From the IMG/VR virus record IMGVR_UViG_3300047558_000077, positions 1 to 64,000 of that record: a DNA stretch of 64,000 bases. The stretch is one strand, 5' to 3'. Under the pieces are notes generated by a model. That model searched no databases. It was not told the DNA's origin and was given only the letters and a program-made list of their open reading frames with translations. Below are positions 17,896 to 28,699 of the stretch, piece by piece. The DNA comes from a virus. Position 1 is the first letter of the stretch; each line of letters begins with the position of its first letter. A program made the position numbers and the translations under genes.

Positions 17896-19284
17896 ATGGC
17901 ATCACTAACAGAAACAGCTAAGGCTGTTCTAGAAGGTAAGCAACTTGTAGAAGGTGCAACACTACCAACCGTAGGTCCATTAAGCGGCGGTGTGTCTAAT
18001 CCTAATCCAGTTGATCCTTCTACAGCATCTACAGCTAATGCTAAAACACTAAAACCAAAATCAAAGCTCTCAGAGCCAGATCCAAAGCACAATGAAGCAC
18101 AGGATCTTGGTGGTCAGACACCAACACAGCTACCATCTGGTAATCTAGGTGCATCAGCCGCTGGCGGTGAAAAGAGAGATACTTCCGTTAAGGGTTCAGG
18201 TTCAAATGCCGAACCAACAAAGAAGCTATCAGAAGACGAGGAACTAGAAGGCGAAGTCTTCGAAGAAAACGCATCATCTTCTTTCGCTGATCGTGTAAAG
18301 GCTATCAAAGAAGCCCGCAAGATGTATGAGAAGAAGGAAGAAGAGAAAGAAGATGAGGACGAAGACGAGAAGGACGAAGGCGAGATGGAAAAGTGCGACG
18401 AAGAACTAGAACTTTCCGAAGAACTAGAAGACTTCATCAACGAAGCCATCGAGGCTGGTCTTTCCGAAGAAGAAATCATGGAAGCAATCGATGAGAACTT
18501 TGAGTTTGTTTCAGAAGAAGCAGAAGAGATTGCAGAAGAAATCGAGAACTACGAAGTTGATATGTCCGAGCATATTAACGCACTTCTAGAAGGTGAGAAC
18601 CTATCAGAAGAGTTCCATGCTAAGGCTACCACAATCTTCGAAGCCGCAGTTAAGTCAAAGCTAGAAGAAGAAGTTGCTCTACTAGAACAGGCATATGCTG
18701 AAACTCTAGAAGAGAGAGTCGACGAAATTATGGAAGAACTTGCTTCCAATGTTGATGACTATCTAAACTATGTCATTGAACAGTGGATTGCAGAAAATGA
18801 AGTTGCTGTTGAGTCTGCACTACGTTCAGAACTAACAGAAGACTTCATTTCAGGTCTTCGTGCCCTATTTGCAGAACATTATATCGACGTTCCAGAAGAT
18901 TCAGTAAATGTTGTTGAAGAACTATCAGCAGCAAATGAGGAACTAGAAGCTAAACTAAATGAAGAAATTCAGCGTAATGTTGAACTAACATCTATGCTTG
19001 CTGAATCACGCAAGATCGAACTAGCCGCTACTGTTTGTGAAGGTCTATCAGACACACAGACACAGAAGCTACTAGCTCTTGTTGAAAATATCGCATACAC
19101 TGATGATGAAACATTCATCGAAAAAATTTCAACACTAAGGGAAAATTATTTCCCAACAGCCGTCAAGACTGATGCAGTTCTTGACCGTGTTGAGTCAGCA
19201 GATCCGCAGGCTCTAACAGAAGCCACTCTTGAGGGTCCAATGGCCAAATACGTTCAGGCTCTTGGTAAAAGTCTCCCAAAGTAA
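17896..19284 (+). CDS. gp22: Prohead core scaffold gp22
   Basis: Highly acidic; EFHAKATTIFEAAV, VDDYLNYVIEQW and LFAEHYIDVPE motifs. ATG at 17896 after AGGAG. Confidence 0.92.
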   Translation: MASLTETAKAVLEGKQLVEGATLPTVGPLSGGVSNPNPVDPSTASTANAKTLKPKSKLSEPDPKHNEAQDLGGQTPTQLPSGNLGASAAGGEKRDTSVKGSGSNAEPTKKLSEDEELEGEVFEENASSSFADRVKAIKEARKMYEKKEEEKEDEDEDEKDEGEMEKCDEELELSEELEDFINEAIEAGLSEEEIMEAIDENFEFVSEEAEEIAEEIENYEVDMSEHINALLEGENLSEEFHAKATTIFEAAVKSKLEEEVALLEQAYAETLEERVDEIMEELASNVDDYLNYVIEQWIAENEVAVESALRSELTEDFISGLRALFAEHYIDVPEDSVNVVEELSAANEELEAKLNEEIQRNVELTSMLAESRKIELAATVCEGLSDTQTQKLLALVENIAYTDDETFIEKISTLRENYFPTAVKTDAVLDRVESADPQALTEATLEGPMAKYVQALGKSLPK

Positions 19285-19320
19285 TTTTAACTAGTTAAAC
19301 AAAGAAAGAAGGAAATTCAA

Positions 19321-20688
19321 ATGTATCTTACAGAAAACCTAGAACAGAAGTGGTCCCCAGTTCTCGACCATTCTGGTCTCAATCCAATTAAGGATTCATA
19401 TCGTCGTGCTGTTACTGCCGTTATTCTTGAGAATCAGGAAAAGGCAATGGCAGAAGAGGCTCGCACTCTAAACGAAGCCGCTCCAACTAACTCTGGTGGT
19501 GGCCTTGGTGCAGGTACAAACATTGGTTCATACGACCCAATTCTTATCTCACTAGTTCGTCGTGCGCTTCCAAACCTAATCGCTTATGACGTTTGCGGCG
19601 TTCAGCCAATGACAGGTCCAACAGGCCTTATCTTCGCTATGCGTTCACGTTATAAGTCAATGTCTGGTACAAATGCTCCAGTATCTGGCTCAAACGAAGC
19701 ATTCTTCAATGAAGCCAATACAGCATTCTCTGGTCAGAACAATGCATTCGGTATCACCGAAGCTGGTTATCATCCAGATGCTAACAACAATCCATTCGCC
19801 GATACAACTCTTGCTGGCTCCTCAATTGCAGTCAACAAGGGCATGTCAACAGCACAGGCAGAAGCCCTAGGCGATGCCGCTGGCAACATGTTCAACGAAA
19901 TGGCCTTCTCAATCGATAAGGTTACTGTTACTGCTCGTAGCCGTGCGCTAAAGGCAGAATACACCACAGAGCTTGCACAGGATCTTAAGGCAATTCACGG
20001 CCTTGATGCTGAGACAGAGCTAGCCAACATTCTTTCAACAGAAATCTTGGCTGAAATCAACCGTGAAGTTATCAGAACAATCTATCGTTCTGCTACTCTC
20101 GGCGCTCAGTATGGTGTTACAACCGCTGGTACTTTCGATCTTGACACAGACTCAAACGGCCGTTGGTCAGTTGAGAAGTTCAAGGGTCTAATTTTCCACA
20201 TCGAGCGTGAGTGTAACGCTATTGCCAAGGCAACCCGTCGTGGCAAGGGTAACGTCCTTATCGTTTCTTCTGACGTTGCATCTGCAATGGCTATGGCTGG
20301 TGTTCTTTCTTACACACCACAGCTTTCTGCCGATCTAACAGTTGACGATACAGGCAATACCTTCGTTGGTACTCTACACGGCCGTATTAAGGTTTATATC
20401 GATCCTTACTTCGGTGGTTCAGAGAACGGCGACGAGCTAGTAACCGTTGGTTATCGTGGTTCTTCACCATTCGACGCTGGTCTATTCTACTGCCCATACG
20501 TTCCACTACAGATGGTTCGTGCAATCGGTCAGGATACCTTCCAGCCAAAGATTGGCTTCAAGACACGTTACGGCATGGTTGCAAACCCATTTGCTACTAC
20601 CGCTGGTGACGGTGTTGTTGGTACTCGTGACACAGCAACAAACGCTAACAGATACTATCGTATCTTCCGTGTTCGCAACCTAACCTAA
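19321..20688 (+). CDS. gp23: Major capsid protein gp23
   Basis: KWSPVLDH, GVQPMTGPTGLIFAMR, SRALKAEYTTELAQDLKAIHGLDAE, FQPKIGFKTRYG. Likely gp21 cleavage at TLNE/A. Confidence 0.98.
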   Translation: MYLTENLEQKWSPVLDHSGLNPIKDSYRRAVTAVILENQEKAMAEEARTLNEAAPTNSGGGLGAGTNIGSYDPILISLVRRALPNLIAYDVCGVQPMTGPTGLIFAMRSRYKSMSGTNAPVSGSNEAFFNEANTAFSGQNNAFGITEAGYHPDANNNPFADTTLAGSSIAVNKGMSTAQAEALGDAAGNMFNEMAFSIDKVTVTARSRALKAEYTTELAQDLKAIHGLDAETELANILSTEILAEINREVIRTIYRSATLGAQYGVTTAGTFDLDTDSNGRWSVEKFKGLIFHIERECNAIAKATRRGKGNVLIVSSDVASAMAMAGVLSYTPQLSADLTVDDTGNTFVGTLHGRIKVYIDPYFGGSENGDELVTVGYRGSSPFDAGLFYCPYVPLQMVRAIGQDTFQPKIGFKTRYGMVANPFATTAGDGVVGTRDTATNANRYYRIFRVRNLT

Positions 20689-20710
20689 GAGATAGGTGCG
20701 ATTAAACTAA

Positions 20711-20739
20711 AGGCGGGGGCTTCGGCTCCCGCTTTTTTT
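20711..20739 (+). terminator. Rho-independent terminator after gp23
   Basis: GGCGGGGGC-TTCG-GCTCCCGCT followed by a T-run. Confidence 0.9.
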
Positions 20740-20768
20740 ATGGGCTAAATACTGCATGGAGGTCCGTC

Positions 20769-21290
20769 ATGGCGATAGAATCTTTTGCATCTAATACACC
20801 ACAAAACTCTAGCTTGCTACAAACTGCTAGATTTACGTTTATCATTCCTGATAAACCCTATCTAAAGTATTTCTGCCAAACAGTCTCCATACCTTCTGTA
20901 TCAACTACAGAAGTTACAGTTGCCACACCATTCTCTAATACCTATAGACATGGTGACAAGTTATCGTTTGAAGCATTGTCAATCACATGTCTTGTGGATG
21001 AAGACTTGCGTATTTGGGAAGAGACATACAATTGGCTCAAAGGTCTTACTCGACCATCTTCTTCCGAGGAATATCTAAGAAAGAGTTTGACTGATAAAAC
21101 TCCTCTATATTTCGATGGTTATCTTACCGTCAATACGAACGCTAACAACCCTAACATTCGTTTCAAGTTTCATAACTGTCATCCAATATCTCTAGGTGGT
21201 ATTGACTTTGATACCAAGACGGATGCAGATAACATTCCAACATGTAATATTCAATTCCGTTACGATATCTTTGAAGTAGAAAGGCTTTGA
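20769..21290 (+). CDS. gp3: Tail completion/tube terminator gp3
   Basis: YFCQTVSIPSV, GDKLSFEAL.I..LVDEDL..WEE.YNW, FHNCHPISL. Follows gp23 as in cyanomyophages. Confidence 0.85.
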   Translation: MAIESFASNTPQNSSLLQTARFTFIIPDKPYLKYFCQTVSIPSVSTTEVTVATPFSNTYRHGDKLSFEALSITCLVDEDLRIWEETYNWLKGLTRPSSSEEYLRKSLTDKTPLYFDGYLTVNTNANNPNIRFKFHNCHPISLGGIDFDTKTDADNIPTCNIQFRYDIFEVERL

Positions 21291-21315
21291 CTTTTCCTAC
21301 TTGTTATGTTATAAT
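21287..21315 (+). promoter_or_regulatory. Sigma70-type early promoter for uvsY/uvsW
   Basis: TTGACT-17bp-TATAAT with extended TGn. Confidence 0.8.
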
Positions 21316-21335
21316 CTTCGTGAAAGGAAAAAGTT

Positions 21336-21782
21336 ATGAAAGTTCCGGTAAATATTGAATCTCTTATGAAGGAATGGTCGCAGGATTGTGATATTGATTC
21401 CACGGCCATGGAAAAAGAACTCCTAAAGATTTCACATCTACATAGTAAATATCTAAACGTTATGTCATATCATCGGCATCTTGTCCGCAAAATGGATGCA
21501 GACTATAAGATGATGAAAGGACTTCGTGAAGACTATTATCAAGGTCATCTTACCAAAGAAGAACTGGATGAACGTGGATGGGAGCCAATGCAGCATGTTC
21601 TCACTAACCCACAAATCGCACGCAAACTTGAGACTGACGGTGAACTAAATAAACTGTTGCTAAAGAAGATTGCTCACGAGGAAATCGTTTCTTATTGTGA
21701 GAGTGTTCTAAAGTCACTCAATAATAGAACTTGGGACTTGGGCAACTATACCAAGTATCTTCAACTCACCTCAGGTAGATAA
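21336..21782 (+). CDS. uvsY: Recombination mediator UvsY
   Basis: W..D..ID...ELLKI..LHSKYL, YYQG and LKSLNNRTW motifs; upstream of uvsW. Confidence 0.85.
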   Translation: MKVPVNIESLMKEWSQDCDIDSTAMEKELLKISHLHSKYLNVMSYHRHLVRKMDADYKMMKGLREDYYQGHLTKEELDERGWEPMQHVLTNPQIARKLETDGELNKLLLKKIAHEEIVSYCESVLKSLNNRTWDLGNYTKYLQLTSGR

Positions 21783-23251
21783 TGCGTCTGACGATTACCA
21801 ATGTCAATGAATCCTATGTTAGAATAGATTGCGAAGAAAGTATTGCCTGGGAACTAAGAGATGCATTCTCATTTCGCCCACCTGGTTTTCAATTTGTTCC
21901 TAGCTACAAACAAAAACTTTGGGATGGTTATCTAAGACTCTTCAATACTCTCAATAGACAAATCTATCGTGGACTAGCACCTCAAGTTATGGAGTGGGCC
22001 ACAAAGCGTGGCTATACATATGATTATGCTGATGAAGATTTAGACACATCTTTTTCAATCGAGGAAGCAAATGAATACATTAGCAAACTTAATCCAAAAC
22101 ATCCTCCTCGTGATTACCAGCTTAATGCTTTTGTTCATGCTATTCGTTCTAAGCGGAAAATTGTTATTTCTCCTACTGGTTCTGGCAAGTCTCTGCTTCT
22201 TTATCTTGTCTGTAATTATCTTCTTAAAAAGGGTAAGCGAGGACTATTGATTGTTCCTCGTTCTGCTCTTGTGGAACAGATGTATTCTGACTTTGAAGAC
22301 TATTCTGTTAAGAATGGTAAAGACATGGAGAAGTATTGTCATCGTGTCTATTCAGGTCGTGATAAGGAATCATCAAAGCCTATCATCATATCAACATGGC
22401 AATCATTACAAAGAATGCCTAAAGAATACTTTGCACAGTTTGATTATGTTATCTGTGACGAAGTGCATCAAGCTCAAGCAAAGGCGCTCACTGATATTGT
22501 AGGAAAATGTGTCAAAGCAGAGTATCGTCTTGGTGTAACAGGAACTCTTTCAGGTGCCAAGTCGCATGAATGGCAGCTAATAGGTCTGTTTGGACAAATC
22601 TATAAAGCTACTACTTCCGCTGAATTGATGAAGAAGAAACAACTTGCAGAACTATCAATCAAATGTCTATTACTCAAATATGGTGAAGAAGAATGTAAGT
22701 ATATGAAGTCTGCGTCATATGAAAGTGAGATCAAATATATCATTACCAATCCAGCTAGAAATACATTCATTACAAATCTAGCTTTATCACTTGAAGGTAA
22801 CACACTTCTGCTTTTCAACTATGTAGATCTACATGGTAAGGTCCTATACGACAGCATAAATAGCAAGGTGAAAGAAGGTAGAAAAGTATTCTTTATTCAT
22901 GGAGGAACAGATGTTGAAGACAGAGAACGCATACGAACAATCATCGAAAAAGAGTCCAATGCTATTATTGTTGGGTCCGTTGGTGTTCTTAGCACTGGTA
23001 CTAATATCGTGGCCCTCGATAATGTGGTCTTTGCATCTCCTTCCAAGTCCAAGATTCGTAACCTACAATCAATCGGTAGAGGTCTTAGGGTTAGTGACAC
23101 AAAGAAATCCGCCACCTTATATGACATTGCCGACGACTTTAGCTGGAAGTCCAAAGAGAACTATACTCTTAAACACTTTTTTGAACGAATCAAAACATAT
23201 AACGAAGAAAAGTTCAAGTTCAAAATCTACAAGATAGACATGAAAGGGTGA
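21782..23251 (+). CDS. uvsW: SF2 helicase UvsW
   Basis: WDGYLRLF, RDYQ, SPTGSGKS, DEVH, QSIGRGLR. Confidence 0.95.
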   Translation: MRLTITNVNESYVRIDCEESIAWELRDAFSFRPPGFQFVPSYKQKLWDGYLRLFNTLNRQIYRGLAPQVMEWATKRGYTYDYADEDLDTSFSIEEANEYISKLNPKHPPRDYQLNAFVHAIRSKRKIVISPTGSGKSLLLYLVCNYLLKKGKRGLLIVPRSALVEQMYSDFEDYSVKNGKDMEKYCHRVYSGRDKESSKPIIISTWQSLQRMPKEYFAQFDYVICDEVHQAQAKALTDIVGKCVKAEYRLGVTGTLSGAKSHEWQLIGLFGQIYKATTSAELMKKKQLAELSIKCLLLKYGEEECKYMKSASYESEIKYIITNPARNTFITNLALSLEGNTLLLFNYVDLHGKVLYDSINSKVKEGRKVFFIHGGTDVEDRERIRTIIEKESNAIIVGSVGVLSTGTNIVALDNVVFASPSKSKIRNLQSIGRGLRVSDTKKSATLYDIADDFSWKSKENYTLKHFFERIKTYNEEKFKFKIYKIDMKG

Positions 23252-23254
23252 GTT

Positions 23255-23647
23255 ATGAATGATGAACTACCACAAGCCAAGTTCATTAGACTACAGAATG
23301 GTGAAGATATCGTATCCGAGACAGTAGAATATGAAGACGAAAAAGGTGTGCTATATATGTTATGTAACCCTTTGAAAGTTGTTTACGCACAATCACCTCA
23401 CCATGGATATCTTTCAGTCTCTTTCATTCCCTGGGTATTCACAAAGATTTGTGACAGCCAAGAGTTTGTCATCCATGCTGATGATGTATTGCTTATTTCC
23501 AATGTATCGGAACAAATAAATGATTACTATTGGGCTAACGCACAATCGTCTAATAAATCTCTTGAGGAACAACATGAAGAAGTTATCGAGCCTGAACCAG
23601 AAGAAACTCCTGAGGTATGCTCTTACAACAAAAGGACATTTCACTAA
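23255..23647 (+). CDS. Conserved T4-like hypothetical protein downstream of uvsW
   Basis: KFIRLQNGEDIV...NPLKV...FIPW pattern common in this position. Confidence 0.55.
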   Translation: MNDELPQAKFIRLQNGEDIVSETVEYEDEKGVLYMLCNPLKVVYAQSPHHGYLSVSFIPWVFTKICDSQEFVIHADDVLLISNVSEQINDYYWANAQSSNKSLEEQHEEVIEPEPEETPEVCSYNKRTFH

Positions 23648-23919
23648 TGGATAGTAAGTATTTTGATTTAGATAAGGATCTAAACGACTTCGGATTTACT
23701 TTTGAGGAAGAGACAGACCTTACACCTATCAGTGACGAGGTGGATGATCTCAAGGAGAGACTCGTGGCGATCCGAAAGATTTATCTACCACTATTACAGA
23801 ACTTGGCTAAGAATGCCGATCAGCCTATCATCAAGTGGCCTGATAGGGGTTCTGTGCTTAAACGGCACATAGACAAACTCACGATGCTAACGGAACCAGG
23901 ATTTACTACTGCTAAGTAG
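23647..23919 (+). CDS. Hypothetical protein
   Basis: DFGFTF...PLLQNLAKN...IKWPDR. TAATG coupling to the upstream gene. Confidence 0.55.
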   Translation: MDSKYFDLDKDLNDFGFTFEEETDLTPISDEVDDLKERLVAIRKIYLPLLQNLAKNADQPIIKWPDRGSVLKRHIDKLTMLTEPGFTTAK

Positions 23920-23956
23920 TTGCTTCGCAACACTCGCTTCGCTCGTAGGTTGCATT

Positions 23957-24802
23957 TTGGTTAATACTTGGTGGTTGGATGCGGAGCATATTATACACAA
24001 AGTTGGAAACCTGTCAAGCCCTAAAATGAAAGAAAGTGATAAATTGTTCAACTTTTTTCACCGCACACCAGAGATTCATCTGGACTGCTTCACAACAAAT
24101 AACACCGTATATCTGACTACACCTATCATCAAAGCATCTAAAGCTATACCGGAATGGTGGCGAAAGATGACACCACATCAACCACAGTTTCGACAATCAG
24201 AAAAAGTTCCTTTTTATGTAGAAGACAACATGACAGTGAGAGATTGTTATGCGTTCATAGAGTTATATAAAAAAGGAGTCATCATCGAGAATTGGTGTGA
24301 CATCTCATTTAGAGTAGAGAACGGTAGTTATAACTATTGTTATTCACAAGGAGATTCTCCTCAAGATCATCCTAGGGAACAGCTTGGCGATTCTTTTCCT
24401 AATCATCACCACATAAAACTACTAAGTCCATGGGCGTTTAGAGAAACTACAGGTATCCAGTTTGCGTGGCTGGGTGCGGAATGGTCACTTGATAAACTTG
24501 AAATAAAAGTCTTGCCAGGAGTCATAAACTTTGATATAGTATCACAGATTAACGTGAACTTTATGTTTCCAGTTAGGAACGGTATGTTCAACATACCTGT
24601 AGGTAATCCTTTGGTGCATTTGATTCCTTTGTCAGAGAAAAAATTGAAAGTCCATAATCACTTGGTGACCGACCAAGAGTTTAAAAAGAACATACTTGAT
24701 TCAAAATCAGTTTCGTTCTATGGTTGGAAAAGAGCGTTACAGTTAAGAAAAAGAAATAGAGAACGAGGTACCTGCCCGTTTCAGGGAGATAACAATGACT
24801 AA
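23957..24802 (+). CDS. Hypothetical protein (true start probably ~24026-24044)
   Basis: IPEWWRKM, KLLSPW, LPGVI and GNPLVHLIPL motifs recur in freshwater phage proteins. Confidence 0.5.
   Translation: MVNTWWLDAEHIIHKVGNLSSPKMKESDKLFNFFHRTPEIHLDCFTTNNTVYLTTPIIKASKAIPEWWRKMTPHQPQFRQSEKVPFYVEDNMTVRDCYAFIELYKKGVIIENWCDISFRVENGSYNYCYSQGDSPQDHPREQLGDSFPNHHHIKLLSPWAFRETTGIQFAWLGAEWSLDKLEIKVLPGVINFDIVSQINVNFMFPVRNGMFNIPVGNPLVHLIPLSEKKLKVHNHLVTDQEFKKNILDSKSVSFYGWKRALQLRKRNRERGTCPFQGDNND
23990..24017 (-). promoter_or_regulatory. Antisense sigma70 promoter with no downstream minus-strand gene
   Basis: Reverse complement reads TTGACA-16bp-TATAAT. Confidence 0.65.
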
Positions 24803-25391
24803 AAAGAAAAAAAATCACTACGTAGATAATGAACGGTTCTTTGCCGAGATCGTTGAATATAAGAAACAATGTAAAGTTGCTGAATTAGAAGGTAGAGAAA
24901 AGCCTATGCTATCAGATTACATAGGCAAATGCATTTTCCTGATTGCGGAAAACCTAGCACATAAGCCAAGGTTCATGAACTACTCATTTGTCGATGAAAT
25001 GAAGTCTGATGCTATTGAAAACTGTTTGATGTATTTTGATAACTTTGACTCGGATAAGTATAGCAATCCGTTCGCATACTTCACACAGATTATTTACTAC
25101 GCTTTTCATCGCCGCATAAACAAGGAAGAAAAGAATCGATATATAATGTATAAGAAGTTTCAGGAAAGTATTCTAGATACTACTCAACATTTTGAAGGTT
25201 TTAACATTGACAGTCATTCACTACTTTTAGATAGTGCAGACAACCACGTTATGAATACTCAGATATATGATAACATTAATGACTTTATTGATCGTTTTGA
25301 GAAACGTGAGGAAGAGAAGAAAGCCAAGCGTAAAGTAAAAAAAGAAGGACTCGAAAAGTTTATAGGAGAAGATGATGAAAGAAGAGAATGA
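24795..25391 (+). CDS. gp55: Late-transcription sigma factor gp55
   Basis: HYVDN..F, YIGKC..LIAENL, EMKSDAIENC, NPFAYFTQIIYYAF.RRI.KE. Confidence 0.95.
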   Translation: MTKKKKNHYVDNERFFAEIVEYKKQCKVAELEGREKPMLSDYIGKCIFLIAENLAHKPRFMNYSFVDEMKSDAIENCLMYFDNFDSDKYSNPFAYFTQIIYYAFHRRINKEEKNRYIMYKKFQESILDTTQHFEGFNIDSHSLLLDSADNHVMNTQIYDNINDFIDRFEKREEEKKAKRKVKKEGLEKFIGEDDERRE

Positions 25392-25575
25392 CTTTGAAGT
25401 GCCGTTTCAGGTACAGACATTGATTTCATCCTTGAGAAATAAAGGCGAAAGAGTCCACATTCGTGGAAACTATCGTTCAAGGCTAGAAAGTATTCGTAAG
25501 GCTATTGACAAGGCTATTCTAGAATATGATCAGGAAATGACTGTCGCATCACGATATAAAATAGGAAGACGATAA
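25372..25575 (+). CDS. Hypothetical protein
   Basis: ORF with SD, coupled to its neighbours. Confidence 0.45.
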   Translation: MMKEENDFEVPFQVQTLISSLRNKGERVHIRGNYRSRLESIRKAIDKAILEYDQEMTVASRYKIGRR

Positions 25576-25757
25576 TGGATATAGATGATTTCGTCGCCGA
25601 GGTAGATCAGAATATAGAATGGTTCTGTGATAAAGTATGTGAACCGATTCCTTTGAATCCTCAGGACAAAGAGAAGATAATGAGAAGAATGGCAAACTTA
25701 GGATGGATAAGAGAGACGGAAATTGAAACGTATAAAGTGGCTACCAGAAAAGATTGA
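25575..25757 (+). CDS. Hypothetical protein
   Basis: TAATG-coupled ORF. Confidence 0.45.
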   Translation: MDIDDFVAEVDQNIEWFCDKVCEPIPLNPQDKEKIMRRMANLGWIRETEIETYKVATRKD

Positions 25758-25820
25758 CGAGTTCATCTTTTTGATGTATACTGTGTCCAAGAATATATTT
25801 TTGGAACTAAAGGATAAACT

Positions 25821-26897
25821 ATGGCGCTGATTGCTATGCCTACCGATACACACGCCGGAGTCAGAAATGATAATCCGGCGTTTCAGACGTATCAAAAGAA
25901 ATGTTGGAAGTGGTTCATTGATTATATTGATGCTAATAACATCAAGCATGTCATTCATCTTGGAGATATCTATGACCGTAGAAAGTATATCAACTTTATG
26001 TCGGCCAAGCGCCTGCGTGAGGACTTCTTTGAACCATTAGAGGAGAGAGGCATTGAAACTCACATTATACAAGGCAATCATGACTCTTATTACAAGGATA
26101 CACACGAAGTCAACGCTCTCGACGAAGTTGTCCGTGGGCGATATACTCACATTAGGACTTATAGCGTTCCTACTCTTATCAATATTGACGGCCTTGATAT
26201 TCAAATAATGCCATGGATTACCGACTCTAACTATGAAGAGTCCATGGAAGCAATCAAACATCCTAAAGCACCGATCCTCATGGGTCACCTTGAGTTGAAC
26301 GGTTTCACTATGCACAGAGGACTTATATCAGATCATGGATTGGATCGCAAACTCTTTGAAAACTTTGACGCTGTATATTCAGGTCACTATCACCACCGTA
26401 GCACTGTTGGTAATATTACTTATATTGGCGCCTTTGGTGAGTATACTTGGCACGATTACTCGGACCCTAGAGGATTTTCTGTCCTGGATACTGCATCCAG
26501 GAAACTAGAGTTCATACAGAATCCGCATAGAATGTTCCGTATTGCTAAGTATGATGATGTTGCTAATCCGGATATTATAGAGAAAATCCAGAAAACAGAT
26601 TTCAGTATGTATAAAGATTGCTACGTCAAACTGATTGTAGTGAACAAAAGCAATCCATACGCATTTGATTTGCTCTTTGATTCCATTTACAAAGCAGGTC
26701 CACTGGACATTCAGATTGTTGAAGATCCTACAGTTTTACTAGATTCCGAAGAAGATGTGGAGATTGACGAGGCCGAAGATACCGTAAGCATACTAAAAAA
26801 GTATGTTGAAGGGTTGACACTATCAGTAAATAATGATAGAATGAAAAAGTTTATGATTGATGTATATAACGAAGCCTTACAGGTTGAAACAGTATAG
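25821..26897 (+). CDS. gp47: Recombination endonuclease subunit gp47 (Mre11/SbcD-like)
   Basis: DTHAG, HLGDIYDRRK, GNHD, GHLEL.GF and SGHYH phosphoesterase motifs. Promoter TTGACG-17-TATACT at 25754-25782. Confidence 0.95.
   Translation: MALIAMPTDTHAGVRNDNPAFQTYQKKCWKWFIDYIDANNIKHVIHLGDIYDRRKYINFMSAKRLREDFFEPLEERGIETHIIQGNHDSYYKDTHEVNALDEVVRGRYTHIRTYSVPTLINIDGLDIQIMPWITDSNYEESMEAIKHPKAPILMGHLELNGFTMHRGLISDHGLDRKLFENFDAVYSGHYHHRSTVGNITYIGAFGEYTWHDYSDPRGFSVLDTASRKLEFIQNPHRMFRIAKYDDVANPDIIEKIQKTDFSMYKDCYVKLIVVNKSNPYAFDLLFDSIYKAGPLDIQIVEDPTVLLDSEEDVEIDEAEDTVSILKKYVEGLTLSVNNDRMKKFMIDVYNEALQVETV
26814..26842 (+). promoter_or_regulatory. Sigma70-type promoter for ftsH within the 3' end of gp47
   Basis: TTGACA-17bp-TAGAAT with extended TGn. 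Confidence 0.65.
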
Positions 26898-26908
26898 GAT
26901 AATATGAT

Positions 26909-28699
26909 ATGAAAAAACTAATCCCTTGGGTAGCATTTCTGTTGATTGCTGCTATGCTTTTTGCTTTTTCTATGGAAAGCAGAGGTCGTAACACAACAAA
27001 CGAAATCGCTTATACAGATTTTATGACACAGGTAGAACATAATAACGTCCATGATATCACTATCTATGGTAGTCAAGTCACAGGACATTATAAAACTGAC
27101 AATAGATCATTTACAACTTATGTTGCCTCACTAACAAATCTTATGCCTAAACTAGAGGAACATAAGGTTCACATTACAGTGAAGTCGGATGATCCTGAAT
27201 CATCTTTCTGGACAACACTATTTCTAAATCTACTTCCTGTTGTATTCTTTTTTGGTCTATGGATTTTTCTGTCTCGCCGTCAAGGTGGTGGCATGGGTGG
27301 TCCTATGTCCTTTGGCAAGTCAAAGGCTAAACTGCTAACAGAAGCAAATGGAACAAAGACATTTGATGATGTTGCTGGTGTAGATCAAGCAAAAGAAGAC
27401 TTACAGGAAGTTGTGGAGTTTCTACAGGATCCGCATAAGTTTGAACGACTAGGTGGTAAGATTCCTCGTGGTGTTCTACTTGTTGGTCCTCCTGGTACAG
27501 GTAAAACTCTACTAGCAAGAGCGGTTGCTGGTGAAGCGGGCGTTCCGTTCTTTAGCATTTCCGGTTCTGACTTCGTTGAAATGTTTGTCGGTGTCGGTGC
27601 TTCTCGTGTCCGTGATATGTTTGAGCAAGCAAAGAAGAATGCTCCTTGCATTATCTTCATTGACGAAATCGACGCCGTTGGTCGTTCTAGAGCAAATGGA
27701 TTTAGTGGTAATGATGAAAGAGATCAGACACTAAACGCCATGCTTGTTGAAATGGATGGTTTCAATGATAACGAAGGTGTTATTGTTATCGCTGCTACCA
27801 ACCGTGTAGATGTTCTAGATAAGGCACTAACTCGTCCTGGTCGTTTTGATAGACAGGTTCAGGTTCCTAATCCAGACTTTGTTGGTCGTGAAAAGATTTT
27901 GAAAGTTCACACACGCAAGGTTCCTATTGGTCCTGATGTTGATCTAAAGACTGTTGCAAGAGGAACACCAGGTTTTTCTGGTGCCGATCTTGCTAATCTT
28001 GTCAATGAAGCAGCACTACTAGCAGCACGCCGTTCAAAGCGTATTGTTACTAGTAGTGAGTTTGAGGATGCCCGTGATAAGATCCTAATGGGAGCAGAAC
28101 ATAGAACACTTCTAATGACAGAAGATGAAAAGAGAATGACAGCCTATCACGAAGCAGGTCACGCTCTTGTTTCTCTCAACATGACTGGTTCTATTCCAAT
28201 CCACAAAGCGACAATCATTCCTCGTGGCGGTGCTCTTGGTATGGTTCAGTCACTACCTGAAAGAGATAAAATCTCACAGTCTTATGAGGAAATGATTGCT
28301 CAACTTGCTATGGCTATGGGTGGTCGTGTAGCAGAAGAAATCATCTTTGGTAACGAGAAGGTAACTTCTGGTGCTTCGGGTGATATCCAGCAAGCGACAA
28401 AACTAGCAAGAGCAATGGTTACTGAATATGGATTCTCTCGTAAACTAGGTAGAATGGCATATTCAACACCTGGTGCTGATATGTTCAATAGTCCTAAGAT
28501 TTCAGAAGAGACTCAAAAGACTGTTGATGAAGAAGTCCTAAAGTTGGTTGAGGAAGGATATAAAACAGCAAAAGATATTCTTACATATCATAAAAAAGAC
28601 CTTGACAAACTAGCAGAAGGTCTGCTAACATACGAGACACTAACGGGTCAAGAAATCAAGGATCTGTTACAAGGAAAGACACCAACAAGAGATTTTTAA
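26909..28699 (+). CDS. ftsH: ATP-dependent membrane zinc metalloprotease FtsH
   Basis: Two TM segments, Walker A GPPGTGKT, pore FVGVG, Walker B IFIDEID, SRH TNR.D.LD.AL.RPGRFDR, HEAGH zinc motif, [10 protein letters not shown]. Confidence 0.97.
   Translation: MKKLIPWVAFLLIAAMLFAFSMESRGRNTTNEIAYTDFMTQVEHNNVHDITIYGSQVTGHYKTDNRSFTTYVASLTNLMPKLEEHKVHITVKSDDPESSFWTTLFLNLLPVVFFFGLWIFLSRRQGGGMGGPMSFGKSKAKLLTEANGTKTFDDVAGVDQAKEDLQEVVEFLQDPHKFERLGGKIPRGVLLVGPPGTGKTLLARAVAGEAGVPFFSISGSDFVEMFVGVGASRVRDMFEQAKKNAPCIIFIDEIDAVGRSRANGFSGNDERDQTLNAMLVEMDGFNDNEGVIVIAATNRVDVLDKALTRPGRFDRQVQVPNPDFVGREKILKVHTRKVPIGPDVDLKTVARGTPGFSGADLANLVNEAALLAARRSKRIVTSSEFEDARDKILMGAEHRTLLMTEDEKRMTAYHEAGHALVSLNMTGSIPIHKATIIPRGGALGMVQSLPERDKISQSYEEMIAQLAMAMGGRVAEEIIFGNEKVTSGASGDIQQATKLARAMVTEYGFSRKLGRMAYSTPGADMFNSPKISEETQKTVDEEVLKLVEEGYKTAKDILTYHKKDLDKLAEGLLTYETLTGQEIKDLLQGKTPTRDF

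Noticed and set aside
18230-18560. GAA-rich low-complexity repeats
   Set aside because: They encode the Glu-rich region expected in scaffold gp22 and are not a DNA repeat element.
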